DNA from: Armatimonadota bacterium
Lineage (GTDB): Bacteria; Sysuimicrobiota; Sysuimicrobiia; Sysuimicrobiales; Humicultoraceae
DNA length: 57,262 nt
Assembly (NCBI GenBank): GCA_052386995.1
Contig: JBQTJP010000252.1
Coordinates: 1-57,262 of the forward strand
Direction: 5' to 3'
Shown here: piece after piece, positions 8,317-18,423 of the stretch
Numbering within the stretch: position 1 is the stretch's first letter
Layout: every line of letters begins with the position of its first letter
Made by a program: the position numbers and the translations under genes
Notes under the pieces: generated by a model
What the model saw: only the letters and a program-made list of their open reading frames with translations
The model's database searches: none
Told to the model about the DNA's origin: nothing

Positions 8317-9445
8317 GTGACGAAGATCCCGCGAGTAATGTGGTCCCAACGGCCGCGGCGATGCCGGCCGAGAGGAGCAGCGGCAGCGCCGGGTTCACGC
8401 GATAGGCAAACCCGCTGGCGAACACGCCGATGGCCGAGACGAGCGCGGACAAGGCGCCTGCGATCGCAAACGCGCGCCCGAGCACCGCCGCGGGCGCCCG
8501 GGCACCGATCAGGGCCTGGCTCAGATTGTGCGTGGGGGCGCGGGCCCGCAGCGGTGAGAACACGGCAAGGAGCGCCACGGGACTGAACACGACCAGGAGA
8601 ATGCCGAGCGTAAACACGAGCATGGCGCCGCCCAACGTCGGCACCAGCCCCAACCGCTGCCCAATTCGTCCGGCGATCGCCGTCAGCACGACACCGCCGA
8701 CCGCCACCATCGAGCCGAGAAATCCAATATAGGAGAGCGACAGTCCCCGCACTTCGCGCAGAAACGGCGTGACGAACGGCGCCACGATCGCAACGGACAG
8801 CGTCATCCCGGCGGACGCCCACAGAACCGGCAGCAGCGGATCGATCTCCTCGCGCGAGGGACGCCGGGACTCCTCCGCCGCCGCGGGCTCAACGTCCTCG
8901 CGCCGCACGCGCGTGATGAGGATCGTCGAAAGCAGGTAGAAGGCGGCGGCCACAATCAGGGTGGCGCGGATGCCCCACAGGTCGGCGACCAGGCCGCCCA
9001 CGCTGGGCGCAACCAGAAACGCAGTCGAGGTGATCGCGCCCAACGTCGTGAATGTCCACGCCAGGTCAGACGGCCGCACGCGCCGCGTGATGTAGGCGTG
9101 GATCGCCGGCAGTCCAAAATACGTCACCTCGTAGAGCAGCAATCCGGGCAAGAGCCACGCGTAACTCGTCGCCGCGGCCAGCAGCAACGGCACGGGCGCC
9201 CCTGTGGTCCACGACGCGACCATGACGGTTCGATGGTTGAGGCGATCCGCAACCGCCCAGCCAACCACGAAGCCTCCGGCCAGCGCGAGGTTCCGAAGAG
9301 TGTACAACGTGCCGAGCTGCACCGGGGACGCCCCGAGCTGCCGCGCGTAGATCGGCACGAGCCCCTCGTAAAGTCCGACGCCGAACGACCAGAAGAACAG
9401 CGCGGCGAACAAGAATCGAAGATTGCGATCGGTGCGCAGCGCCAT
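8294..9445 (-). CDS. MFS transporter
   Basis: About 12 hydrophobic segments, GWAVADRLNHR (motif A-like) and GGLVADLWG. Confidence 0.88.
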   Translation of the reverse strand: MALRTDRNLRFLFAALFFWSFGVGLYEGLVPIYARQLGASPVQLGTLYTLRNLALAGGFVVGWAVADRLNHRTVMVASWTTGAPVPLLLAAATSYAWLLPGLLLYEVTYFGLPAIHAYITRRVRPSDLAWTFTTLGAITSTAFLVAPSVGGLVADLWGIRATLIVAAAFYLLSTILITRVRREDVEPAAAEESRRPSREEIDPLLPVLWASAGMTLSVAIVAPFVTPFLREVRGLSLSYIGFLGSMVAVGGVVLTAIAGRIGQRLGLVPTLGGAMLVFTLGILLVVFSPVALLAVFSPLRARAPTHNLSQALIGARAPAAVLGRAFAIAGALSALVSAIGVFASGFAYRVNPALPLLLSAGIAAAVGTTLLAGSSSHEPRSGG

Positions 9446-9451
9446 GGCCCG

Positions 9452-10459
9452 TTACCGCGTGGCGCGCACCTGCAGGCCTTTGGCGGCGATTGCGGTCCGC
9501 AGCACGGGGAATCCGGCGGTCCGTAGCGCCCCTTCGACGCCGCGCTTGGCGCCCTCGCGCGCGAAGACGACGACGCAGCCCCCGCCGCCGGCGCCGCAGA
9601 CCTTCCCCGACACCGCGCCGTGCCGGCGCGCCACCGTCAGTACCTTCTCGATCGCGGCCGTGGATACCCCGTTGGCCAGCTCGCGCCGGTGGGCCCACTC
9701 CTCGGCCAGCAGCTCGCCGATCGCGTCCAGGTCCCCTGTGCGGAGCGCGTCGCCCATCTGCCGGGCCACGTCGGCGATGCTGCGCAGCCGGTTGACCGTC
9801 GCCGGCACGCCATCGAGATATGCGCGCACCATACTCCAGTTCGTTACACCGGACGAATGCGGCTGTCCGGTGTACGCCAGCACCAGGCGGTCCGCAAGCG
9901 CGTCTCGCTGGCGCGGAGCGCGCAGCAGCGACTCGACGTGGTCGCCGTCCAGCCCAAACCGAATCGCATTCACCCCACCGTGGGCGGCCGCGTGGTAATC
10001 CTGCCGGCCGGTCAGCGTGCGCAGCGACCGGGCCTCGATGCGCCACGCCGTGGCGATGAGGTCGTCGCGCGAGCGCGACCGGTGCGTCCACCGATCCAGC
10101 GCGGCGAGCAGCGCCACCAGCAGCGCAGAGGACGCCCCGAGCCCGGAGCCCGGCGGCGCGGAGGATGCGAGGGTAACCGTCACGCCAGGCTTGGGTGCCG
10201 CAAAGCGCAGCGCCCGGCAGGCAAGATCCAGCGGACCGCCGGTAGGCAGGTCTTCGAGAGATTCGACCTGGACGCGGTGCTTGAGGTCCTGCGAGGCGAT
10301 CGCAAAACCGCGGCGCGCCCGCGCCAGGCGCACCTGCACCGGAATCTCAATCGCGGCATTGATCGTCCAGGCGTCCTCCTCGATCAGAGCAATGGGATGG
10401 ATATCGAGTGTGCCGCCGGCCAGGTCGATGCGGGTCGGTGCCCGAGCCTCGACGATCAT
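9452..10459 (-). CDS. GHMP-family sugar kinase (HddA-like anomeric kinase)
   Basis: ARAPTRIDLAGGTLD, PPGSGLGASS, TGRQDY, GKVCGAGGGG. ATGA overlap with the upstream gene. Confidence 0.9.
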   Translation of the reverse strand: MIVEARAPTRIDLAGGTLDIHPIALIEEDAWTINAAIEIPVQVRLARARRGFAIASQDLKHRVQVESLEDLPTGGPLDLACRALRFAAPKPGVTVTLASSAPPGSGLGASSALLVALLAALDRWTHRSRSRDDLIATAWRIEARSLRTLTGRQDYHAAAHGGVNAIRFGLDGDHVESLLRAPRQRDALADRLVLAYTGQPHSSGVTNWSMVRAYLDGVPATVNRLRSIADVARQMGDALRTGDLDAIGELLAEEWAHRRELANGVSTAAIEKVLTVARRHGAVSGKVCGAGGGGCVVVFAREGAKRGVEGALRTAGFPVLRTAIAAKGLQVRATR

Positions 10460-11139
10460 GAGAACAGCTCGTCCATCGCGCGGCGAAACGCTTCGGTGGC
10501 GCGACCGAGTGAATCCGGCGTGCGGCCGGCCACCACGACCCCGATCATCACCGCCCACACCTGTGGGATGGCGAAGTAGCGTGGCAGGTCTGCCGGACCG
10601 ATGCGCCGCTGGCTGGGAACGATCAGCCGCCTGCCGGTTGCCTCACCGAGCCGCGCGAGCGCCGCCAGATCGCCGGCCGCGGGATTGAGACCGTAGCCGT
10701 CCGGCGCGACGAGGGCGGCCTCCAGCCAGTCGCCGGGGAACGCGCGGATGGTTCCGAGCGCCTCGGGCGGATAGTCGTGCGGAATGGCGGGGATGACCGG
10801 CACGCCGGCGTCGTAGAGAAACATCGGCAGCCGCGTGATGTAGGCGTCGAGGAACGCAAACCGCCGCAGCCGCGGAATCTCCTCGTGCGTCACCATGAGA
10901 TCCTCGCCCGGGACCAGCCCTGTGGGAAGGCCCGCTTCGAGCACGGCGCTCAGATTCTCTTCCTCATCATCCAGCGACCCGAACCGCGTGCCCGATGCCC
11001 GATGGTGCACATTGATGTGCACTTTGAGCATGTCCGCCCCGGCCTCGGCGGCGGTGCGCGCCAGCGCCGCGTCGTTGCGAGGCAGGCTGACGATGAGCAG
11101 TCCACGGCGATCCAGCGGGCCACGCATCGGGGCGTCCAT
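10456..11139 (-). CDS. conserved hypothetical protein, probable TIM-barrel enzyme
   Basis: LIVSLPRNDAALARTAAEAGADMLKVHINVHHRASGTRFG, IVPSQRRI, AVMIGVVVAG. Alternating beta/alpha pattern; translationally coupled to the kinase. Confidence 0.7.
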   Translation of the reverse strand: MDAPMRGPLDRRGLLIVSLPRNDAALARTAAEAGADMLKVHINVHHRASGTRFGSLDDEEENLSAVLEAGLPTGLVPGEDLMVTHEEIPRLRRFAFLDAYITRLPMFLYDAGVPVIPAIPHDYPPEALGTIRAFPGDWLEAALVAPDGYGLNPAAGDLAALARLGEATGRRLIVPSQRRIGPADLPRYFAIPQVWAVMIGVVVAGRTPDSLGRATEAFRRAMDELFS

Positions 11140-11265
11140 CTGAGGGTTCCCAAGTTCGATGCTCAGGCGGCCGCCCCTACGTCCAGGAGGAAGGCCACGT
11201 GGGCACGGAATATTTACAGAGCGTTGGGGGGCGCCCAGAGGCGCGGCGCTCCGTAGGAGGGTGGA

Positions 11266-12222
11266 ATGTCCAGGTTCTTGCGAGGCGCGGCCGTTGCAGC
11301 GTGTCTGGCCGGGCTGCTGCAGGCGGCAGCGACCGAACATCTCTCGCGGGTCTGGGCCCAGGCGCAAACGCCCGCGCGTGAAGGCGCCTACCGGGTCGAG
11401 CGGCGGCACACCAAATCCCTCGGTGACTGGGAGCAGGCGACCATCCCGCCCAGCTTCCCCCGATGGATCTACTTACTCCGGGGCGGCGAGTACGTCTGGG
11501 GCGAAGGCACGCAGGCGTATCGCAGCAGCTACCGCTTCGGCACGCGTGACACTCCTGGGGGACGAGTGAACACGATCAGCCTCTGCCACCGCTGGGCGGG
11601 CGACATCCGCCAGGTTGATCCGACGACCCTGGTCCTCGAAGTATCGCACAACAGCGTCGCGCAGCGGACCGAAGCCGAGTTCAAGGGAACCCTCGAGCAG
11701 ATTCCGCTGCCGCAAAATCTCCCCGAGCCGATGAAGTGCGAAGCGAGAGACTGGCCGAAGGCGGCGAACCCGAGCCGTGAGCACCTTGCGCTCGGACCGC
11801 AGCGTGGCCCGCTCATGGCCTCCCTGCAAACCCAGCCCGGAGTCTATCGCGCCGTCAACGGGGAGTTCCTTCTGACACTGGCCGCCGGCGCGACGCAGAG
11901 CGACACCGCCATGTGGACCTGCGTGATGCGGCGGGGATATCCGAGCCTGGAATTCGTCGAGCCCGCGGCCACTTCCGGTGGGCAGCCCCAAAGGGAAGAG
12001 GTGTTCGTCTGGCCCGACGCGCGCTTCCGCGCGCGGCTGCGCGACGGCGTCACCTACCAGTGGTCCGCGCTGGCCTCGGATTGCGGCGCGGCACAGCCGG
12101 GGGCGACGCTCCAGCACAGCATGCCGCAGCCGGTCGACTCGGAGGAGAAAGTCGTGCTGGCGTGTGCAATCGGCGGCGGGCGGTTCGCCACGTGCCGCGG
12201 GTGGTGGCTCGTCCGGCCGTAA
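11266..12222 (+). CDS. hypothetical secreted protein
   Basis: SD AGGAGGG, signal-peptide-like N-terminus, 6 Cys in the mature region, no recognised domain. Confidence 0.7.
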   Translation: MSRFLRGAAVAACLAGLLQAAATEHLSRVWAQAQTPAREGAYRVERRHTKSLGDWEQATIPPSFPRWIYLLRGGEYVWGEGTQAYRSSYRFGTRDTPGGRVNTISLCHRWAGDIRQVDPTTLVLEVSHNSVAQRTEAEFKGTLEQIPLPQNLPEPMKCEARDWPKAANPSREHLALGPQRGPLMASLQTQPGVYRAVNGEFLLTLAAGATQSDTAMWTCVMRRGYPSLEFVEPAATSGGQPQREEVFVWPDARFRARLRDGVTYQWSALASDCGAAQPGATLQHSMPQPVDSEEKVVLACAIGGGRFATCRGWWLVRP

Positions 12223-12224
12223 GC

Positions 12225-13043
12225 CTACCGCACGACTCGCGTCGCGATCACCGCGATTCGGTGGACCACCACCGGGACCAGCAGGATGGCCACCGATAGT
12301 GCCAGCGCGAGGCCGAGGAAGGCCAGCAGGCCCGGCGTCTGCAGCTGCGCGCGAATGCTTCTTCGGTCGGCTTCGACGTGATCGATTTCCTTGACCACGG
12401 CCTGCCGCGTCACGTTGAGGTCGGTAATGACACCGCCGAGGAACACCTGACACCCGGCCTGATCCAGTCCCGCGCTATTCACCGGCGCCAGGCTCAGCTC
12501 ATCATAGGACTTTCTCACCGTATCGAAGAGTTCTTGGCGCAGTAGCAGCCCGCCCTCGCTCACCCGGATCGCTTCCCACCGCGGAAAGGCCGGCACGAGC
12601 GGATTGGACGACAGGGTGAAATCGACGCCGCAGCGCTGCGGAGGGGATCGCTGCAGCCCGACGGCCTTCTGGTGCAGCACGTTGATCTCGGCGAGGACCG
12701 GCCGGAGCACCGCGAGCTGGCTGCGCAGATCGCTGACCTCGGCCACACGCACCTGCCACGCGTTGCCCATGATGAACGCCACCAGGACCGCCAGCAACTG
12801 GATGAGTGCGTTGAACGCCGCCTGCGGATACCCACCGCCCAGGTAGCGGCCGAGTCGATGCGAGAACGCGGCCACGCGCAGAGGTCGCCGATACCGGGCG
12901 CGGAGCGCCCGGATCACATCTTCGGCCACCCCCAGCTCCGCGGCAGTCTGCTGATCCGTTTTGCTTTCGACGACGAGCTTTGTGTGGAGGATCGGCAGCG
13001 GGTCATCCGGCAACCCCGGTGTGGGGTCGGGAGGACCGCTCAA
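12225..13043 (-). CDS. hypothetical membrane protein (HTH-like N-terminus, two TM helices)
   Basis: KTDQQTAAELGVAEDVIRALRARY, then TM AAFNALIQLLAVLVAFIMG, a helical middle region and a C-terminal TM. Confidence 0.65.
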   Translation of the reverse strand: MSGPPDPTPGLPDDPLPILHTKLVVESKTDQQTAAELGVAEDVIRALRARYRRPLRVAAFSHRLGRYLGGGYPQAAFNALIQLLAVLVAFIMGNAWQVRVAEVSDLRSQLAVLRPVLAEINVLHQKAVGLQRSPPQRCGVDFTLSSNPLVPAFPRWEAIRVSEGGLLLRQELFDTVRKSYDELSLAPVNSAGLDQAGCQVFLGGVITDLNVTRQAVVKEIDHVEADRRSIRAQLQTPGLLAFLGLALALSVAILLVPVVVHRIAVIATRVVR

Positions 13044-13047
13044 CGGC

Positions 13048-13659
13048 TCACCCTGGCCAGCACTCCTGTTGAGCCCGCTCGGGCACCGTCAGTCGGAGAC
13101 TTTGCGCGATCGCCAGGATCACCGATTCCATCCGGCGGAATCGGTCCACAGGGATCTCCACTCTGATGTCCGCCTGAGTCCACCCGGCCGGCGCCAGGCC
13201 CCGAGACGTCCCATCATCGATGAGAAAGAACTGCAGCACGTAGTGCGGAATGGACTGGCCGCCGACGGTCAAATTCATGCGCTCGACAATATACGTCGCG
13301 GTGATCGCACCGACCGCGAACCGGTCAACCCAAACGAGGGTTCCGCGCAGACAAAACAGGCAGTTGTGCGCCGCCACCGACTGGGCCACCTGATCGGTCG
13401 TCACCTGACCGGCGCGCACGTCTTGGATCGGACCGATGAGCGCGACGATAGATGTCTCGGGCGGATCGGGACTCTCGACTACCACCTTCCTGTCTTGCTG
13501 GCGGACCCGCCGGGTCCAGCCGGCCGGATACGAGAAACTGAAGCCGCAGACCCTGTCGGTGTGGGTCACCTCCAACGCCGTCTGCGCCGCGACACGGGGG
13601 ACGATGGGGAACGACGCCCACACGATCAGCAGAGTGCACAGCGCGATCGCACGTCTCAT
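13048..13659 (-). CDS. hypothetical secreted protein (possible PsbP/Mog1-like fold)
   Basis: MRRAIALCTLLIVWA signal peptide, GFSFSYPAGW motif, SD GAGGGAG. Confidence 0.65.
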   Translation of the reverse strand: MRRAIALCTLLIVWASFPIVPRVAAQTALEVTHTDRVCGFSFSYPAGWTRRVRQQDRKVVVESPDPPETSIVALIGPIQDVRAGQVTTDQVAQSVAAHNCLFCLRGTLVWVDRFAVGAITATYIVERMNLTVGGQSIPHYVLQFFLIDDGTSRGLAPAGWTQADIRVEIPVDRFRRMESVILAIAQSLRLTVPERAQQECWPG

Positions 13660-13760
13660 CTTCTCTCCCTCACCGGCACGAACGTCGTTGCGACTATTGG
13701 GCGACCCGCCTGCCGGTTCCTCTCGGGCCGCCCGGCGGGCCCGCACCGGGCGGGTCCGCG

Positions 13761-15149
13761 CTAGACGAAGGCCCCGCGCGCCCGCAGGGTCTGGCGGAGC
13801 GCCTGCGGATCGACCTCGCGCGGCGAGATCCCGCCCCGCACCGCCATCGCCGCCGCCGTACCGGCGGCCTGCGCGATCGCCATCACGATCGCCGAGACGC
13901 GGAACGCCGCGAACGCCTCGTGCGTGGCCGAGACGCACCGCCCCGCCACCAGCCAGTTCTCCCCGCCCTGAGGGAGCAGGGACCGGTACGGGATGGTGTA
14001 GTACTCGCCCTCCGGCAGGCGCTTGGCCACCAGGCGCGCCGAATCGGGGTCGTGAATGTCGATCGGATACGCTCCGCAGGCGATCGCGTCATCGAACTTG
14101 CGCGCGCCGAGCACGTCCTCGGCGGTGAGCATGTAGTCCCCGACGATGCGCCGCGTCTCGCGCACGCCGATCTGTGTCGGCGTCTCGAGCACGTACGTGT
14201 TCGAAAATCCCGGCACGCGGTCCCGCAGGAACTCGGCGACCGCATACGCTTGCCGCCGTCCCTCGACTTCGGCGCGGGCCAGGTCATCGCCCACAATCCC
14301 CAGCCGGTTCAGCACGCGCGTAGTGTTGACGACGGCCTCTCCGGGCCGCACACCCTCGAAGACCAGGAGCCGGTCGCGGGGAATCGTCCACTGACCGCGC
14401 TCCCGCGCCTCACGCACCAGCGCGCCGAACCCCGCGAAGCCGCGGCTGGGCAGCGCGCGCAGCCACCGCACGTCGATGCGATCGTGCACGCCCTGGCCGT
14501 GCTGGATCTCCTCCGGATGCCCCTCGAGGTAATCCATCACATCGTTCCAGGCGACGCCGCCAATGCGCATCATCAACGTCATCGGCTGCGGCCGTTGATC
14601 CTCCGGACGGCCGACTTCAGCCGCGGCGCCGGCGGAGACCGAGAGATCGCCGTCCCCCGAGGCGTCGATGAAGATCGGCGCGCGGATCTCCTTAATGCCG
14701 TCCTTCTGCCAGACGCGAACGGCCTCCACTCTCCCCGCGCTGGCCCGCGCGTCGAGGAAGACCGAGTGCAGCCACAGGTCGATACCGGCATCCCCCGCCA
14801 GCTCCAGCAGGACGCGCTTGAGGCCTTCGTAGTCGAACGGCGTAACCGTGTGACAGAAATCAATGGGGTCGGGGACGTGTCCCGGCGATGCGCCGAGTGC
14901 CTGCATGCGCGAAACGATCTCCTGGGGAATCCCTTCAACGATTTGCCGCGGCTCGCTGGACCCATTCGGCGGGCCGGCGTGGAAGCCCATGATGGGCGCG
15001 ACCATCGCGGCGGTGAGCGTGCCGCCCAGGAAGCCGTAGCGTTCGATGCACGCCACGCGGGCACCCTCGCGGGCCGCGGCGATTGCCGCGACCGATCCCG
15101 CGGGCCCGCCGCCGATCACAACGACGTCATAGCCCCTGCGCGTCGTCAT
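13761..15149 (-). CDS. FAD-dependent oxidoreductase (FAD_oxidored/PF12831-like)
   Basis: YDVVVIGGGPAG, LGGTLTA, FIDASGDGDL, GVRETRRIVGDY, YPIDIH, IPYRSLLP, AGRCVSATHEA. Confidence 0.92.
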   Translation of the reverse strand: MTTRRGYDVVVIGGGPAGSVAAIAAAREGARVACIERYGFLGGTLTAAMVAPIMGFHAGPPNGSSEPRQIVEGIPQEIVSRMQALGASPGHVPDPIDFCHTVTPFDYEGLKRVLLELAGDAGIDLWLHSVFLDARASAGRVEAVRVWQKDGIKEIRAPIFIDASGDGDLSVSAGAAAEVGRPEDQRPQPMTLMMRIGGVAWNDVMDYLEGHPEEIQHGQGVHDRIDVRWLRALPSRGFAGFGALVREARERGQWTIPRDRLLVFEGVRPGEAVVNTTRVLNRLGIVGDDLARAEVEGRRQAYAVAEFLRDRVPGFSNTYVLETPTQIGVRETRRIVGDYMLTAEDVLGARKFDDAIACGAYPIDIHDPDSARLVAKRLPEGEYYTIPYRSLLPQGGENWLVAGRCVSATHEAFAAFRVSAIVMAIAQAAGTAAAMAVRGGISPREVDPQALRQTLRARGAFV

Positions 15150-16638
15150 CGGGGAGCTCCACATCGATCTCGAACAGCCGGTCCCAGGGAAACTTCACGT
15201 CGGTCATCGCCGGCGCGCCCAGCGCTTTCTCCACCGGCGGGAGGACCTGCTCGTGGAAACGCTGGAGGGTCGCCTCGCGGATCGCCCCGGCGGCCGAGCC
15301 GAGGTACGACGGATCCGCGTTCAGCTCCGGCATAAGCTCGCGCGCGAGGTACGGCCGCACGACTGCTTGATATCCCCAGTCATCCAGGAGCCGCCGCGTG
15401 AGATACCGCCGGCGCACCTGGCGGTAACGGACCGGCCCGAGGCGCTCCCTGCCGTGATAGGCCAGGACCACCTGAGCCACGACCGTACCCAGGCTGTTGC
15501 TGCACGTGTTCCACCCGGCATATCCGGCGAGACCCGCGAAGTCCTCACGTGCCAGCAGCGACCGGACGAGCGCGTCGTCGGCCCCATTGGCAAATCGAAC
15601 GTCGGCGCACCCGCACACGAGGCCGCGCGTGGCGGCCTCCCCCAGCGCCGCGGTGACCGTCCGGATCGGCGCGGGCGGGGCGCCGCGCTGATCGACCGAC
15701 TCACGTTGCTGCGCGCCCGCGAAGTTGTGCACCCAGATGAGAACCTCTGGATCGTCGTCGGTCACCGTACATCCGGCCGCGGCGAGATGAGCGGCGACGG
15801 TCTCGTCCAGCGGCGCGGGTTCGTACCGGGGAACGCTGCGTCGCGCCTCGGGAAAAGTATAGCGCACCGTCACCCGCGGGCCCCGGCCGGCCTCATCGTT
15901 AACCAGGCGGGCGAGCAGCCGGGCGCCGAGCTCGTCGGCACCCGCGGACAGATGCACGCGCGCGCTGTCGACGAAGTCACGGAATCGCCGCAGTACCGCC
16001 AGGTCGGCGCGGGTGAGGCCAAAGCGCTCGGCATCGTCCTGCCCGATCAGCAGCGCGCGCAGATCGCCGCGCGCGGCGCGCACGATGAGCTCGAGGTTCA
16101 GGACGAGCTGGCGCCGCCGGCGCCGGAGAAGGTCGTCGACGACGGCGGCCGGGACGTCCCCCAGAGATTCCAGCGCCTGCTGCACCATCGCTTCCGTGCC
16201 GCTCTGCTCGCCCGAGTCCAGGTGCGTCGAGTAGTCGCGCAGCGCCGGGCCGTACACATCCCAGTAACCGGGCTCTTCCTCACCCGCGCCCGTGGGAATA
16301 CGCGGATTCACGGCGCTCAGGTACAGCGGCGCCCGGGACGCCAGACGCTGCACGTGGTCGAGCCGGCGCCAGAGCACCTCCATGGGATCGATGCTGAGGC
16401 GCGAGGGCACGAGCCCGCCGTATACGAGGACCTCGAAAGACGCGATCATGGCGGTTGACGACTCGGCCTCGCGTTCGACCCACCGCCACAGCGCATCGAG
16501 ATCGGCCGGGCGCCGGCCACGCCCCAATAGCTCCCTGGGCGGCGTGTTCCAGGCCGCCTCGGTGAGGGGCAGCAGGTCCAGGACGGTCTCGCGCGTGGCC
16601 GGCCTGTCGTCGAGCGGGATGAAGACGTACCGCTTCAC
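15127..16638 (-). CDS. DUF4127 family protein
   Basis: FIPLDDRP, YGGLVPSR, IGQDD, GADEL, ADVRFANGAD, YAGWNTCSNSLG, LDDWGYQAVVR, FPWDRLFEI. GTG start overlaps the upstream TGA. Confidence 0.88.
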   Translation of the reverse strand: MKRYVFIPLDDRPATRETVLDLLPLTEAAWNTPPRELLGRGRRPADLDALWRWVEREAESSTAMIASFEVLVYGGLVPSRLSIDPMEVLWRRLDHVQRLASRAPLYLSAVNPRIPTGAGEEEPGYWDVYGPALRDYSTHLDSGEQSGTEAMVQQALESLGDVPAAVVDDLLRRRRRQLVLNLELIVRAARGDLRALLIGQDDAERFGLTRADLAVLRRFRDFVDSARVHLSAGADELGARLLARLVNDEAGRGPRVTVRYTFPEARRSVPRYEPAPLDETVAAHLAAAGCTVTDDDPEVLIWVHNFAGAQQRESVDQRGAPPAPIRTVTAALGEAATRGLVCGCADVRFANGADDALVRSLLAREDFAGLAGYAGWNTCSNSLGTVVAQVVLAYHGRERLGPVRYRQVRRRYLTRRLLDDWGYQAVVRPYLARELMPELNADPSYLGSAAGAIREATLQRFHEQVLPPVEKALGAPAMTDVKFPWDRLFEIDVELPDDDAQGL

Positions 16639-17465
16639 CGGACCGCCCCCACGGTGAGGCCGCGCAAGAAGAATCGCTGCGTGAAGAGAAAGACCGCGAT
16701 GATCGGGATGGTCATCAAGACCGCGCCCGCCGCGACCGCGCGCGTGTTGTGGGCGAACAGGCCGGAAAGATACAGCAGACCGACCGCCAGAGGATACTTG
16801 TCCGGCGTCTTGAGCACGATCAGCGGCCACAGGAACGAGTTCCACACGGCGACAAATTCGAAGAGCGCCAGCACCGCGAGCGCCGGGCGAATCACCGGCA
16901 GCATGATCCGCCACCAGATCGTCCACTCCGACGCGCCGTCGATCCGCGCGGCGTCCTCGATCTCCTGCGGGACGGTCAGAAACGCCTGGCGCAGCAGGAA
17001 GATGCCGAAGACGCTGACCGCGCCCGGGAGCAGCACGCCGGCATACGTATCGATGAGGCGGAGGCGCAGCAGCGTCACGAAGTTCACGATGAGGCCAACG
17101 TGTCCCGGCAGCATCAGGGTGGACAGCAGCAGCGCGGCAATCAGGCGCTTGCCGGGGAACTCCATACGGGCCAGGGGATAGGCCGCGAGCGAGCAGAACA
17201 GCAGATTGAGCACCACGCCCCCGCCGGACAGGATCAGCGTGTTGGCGAAGTAGCGCGGGAGCGGCATCGTCTTCCAGACCGTGGCAAAGTTCGCCAGCGA
17301 GGGCGGCCACGGCAGCACTTGCGGCGGAAAGCCGAAGACGGTGCCGGTGGTCCGCAGCGCCGTGGACAGCAGCCACAGCAGCGGAAAGGTGGTGAACAAC
17401 GCGAGGGCCGCCAGCGCCGCATACCGCAGCGCGACGCCGGCGACGCTGTGCCTCGAGGCGAACAC
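16635..17465 (-). CDS. carbohydrate ABC transporter permease (start approximate)
   Basis: SLAAYPLARMEFPGK, EIEDAARIDGAS (EAA motif), WNSFLWPL. Confidence 0.93.
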   Translation of the reverse strand: MFASRHSVAGVALRYAALAALALFTTFPLLWLLSTALRTTGTVFGFPPQVLPWPPSLANFATVWKTMPLPRYFANTLILSGGGVVLNLLFCSLAAYPLARMEFPGKRLIAALLLSTLMLPGHVGLIVNFVTLLRLRLIDTYAGVLLPGAVSVFGIFLLRQAFLTVPQEIEDAARIDGASEWTIWWRIMLPVIRPALAVLALFEFVAVWNSFLWPLIVLKTPDKYPLAVGLLYLSGLFAHNTRAVAAGAVLMTIPIIAVFLFTQRFFLRGLTVGAVR

Positions 17466-17469
17466 GCCG

Positions 17470-18412
<943 letters not shown>

Positions 18413-18423
<11 letters not shown>

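Noticed and set aside
16639..17376. N-terminal extension making DUF4127 a 749-aa protein
   Set aside because: It overlaps the permease in another frame and is low complexity. The GTGA-coupled start at 16638 fits the family N-terminus.
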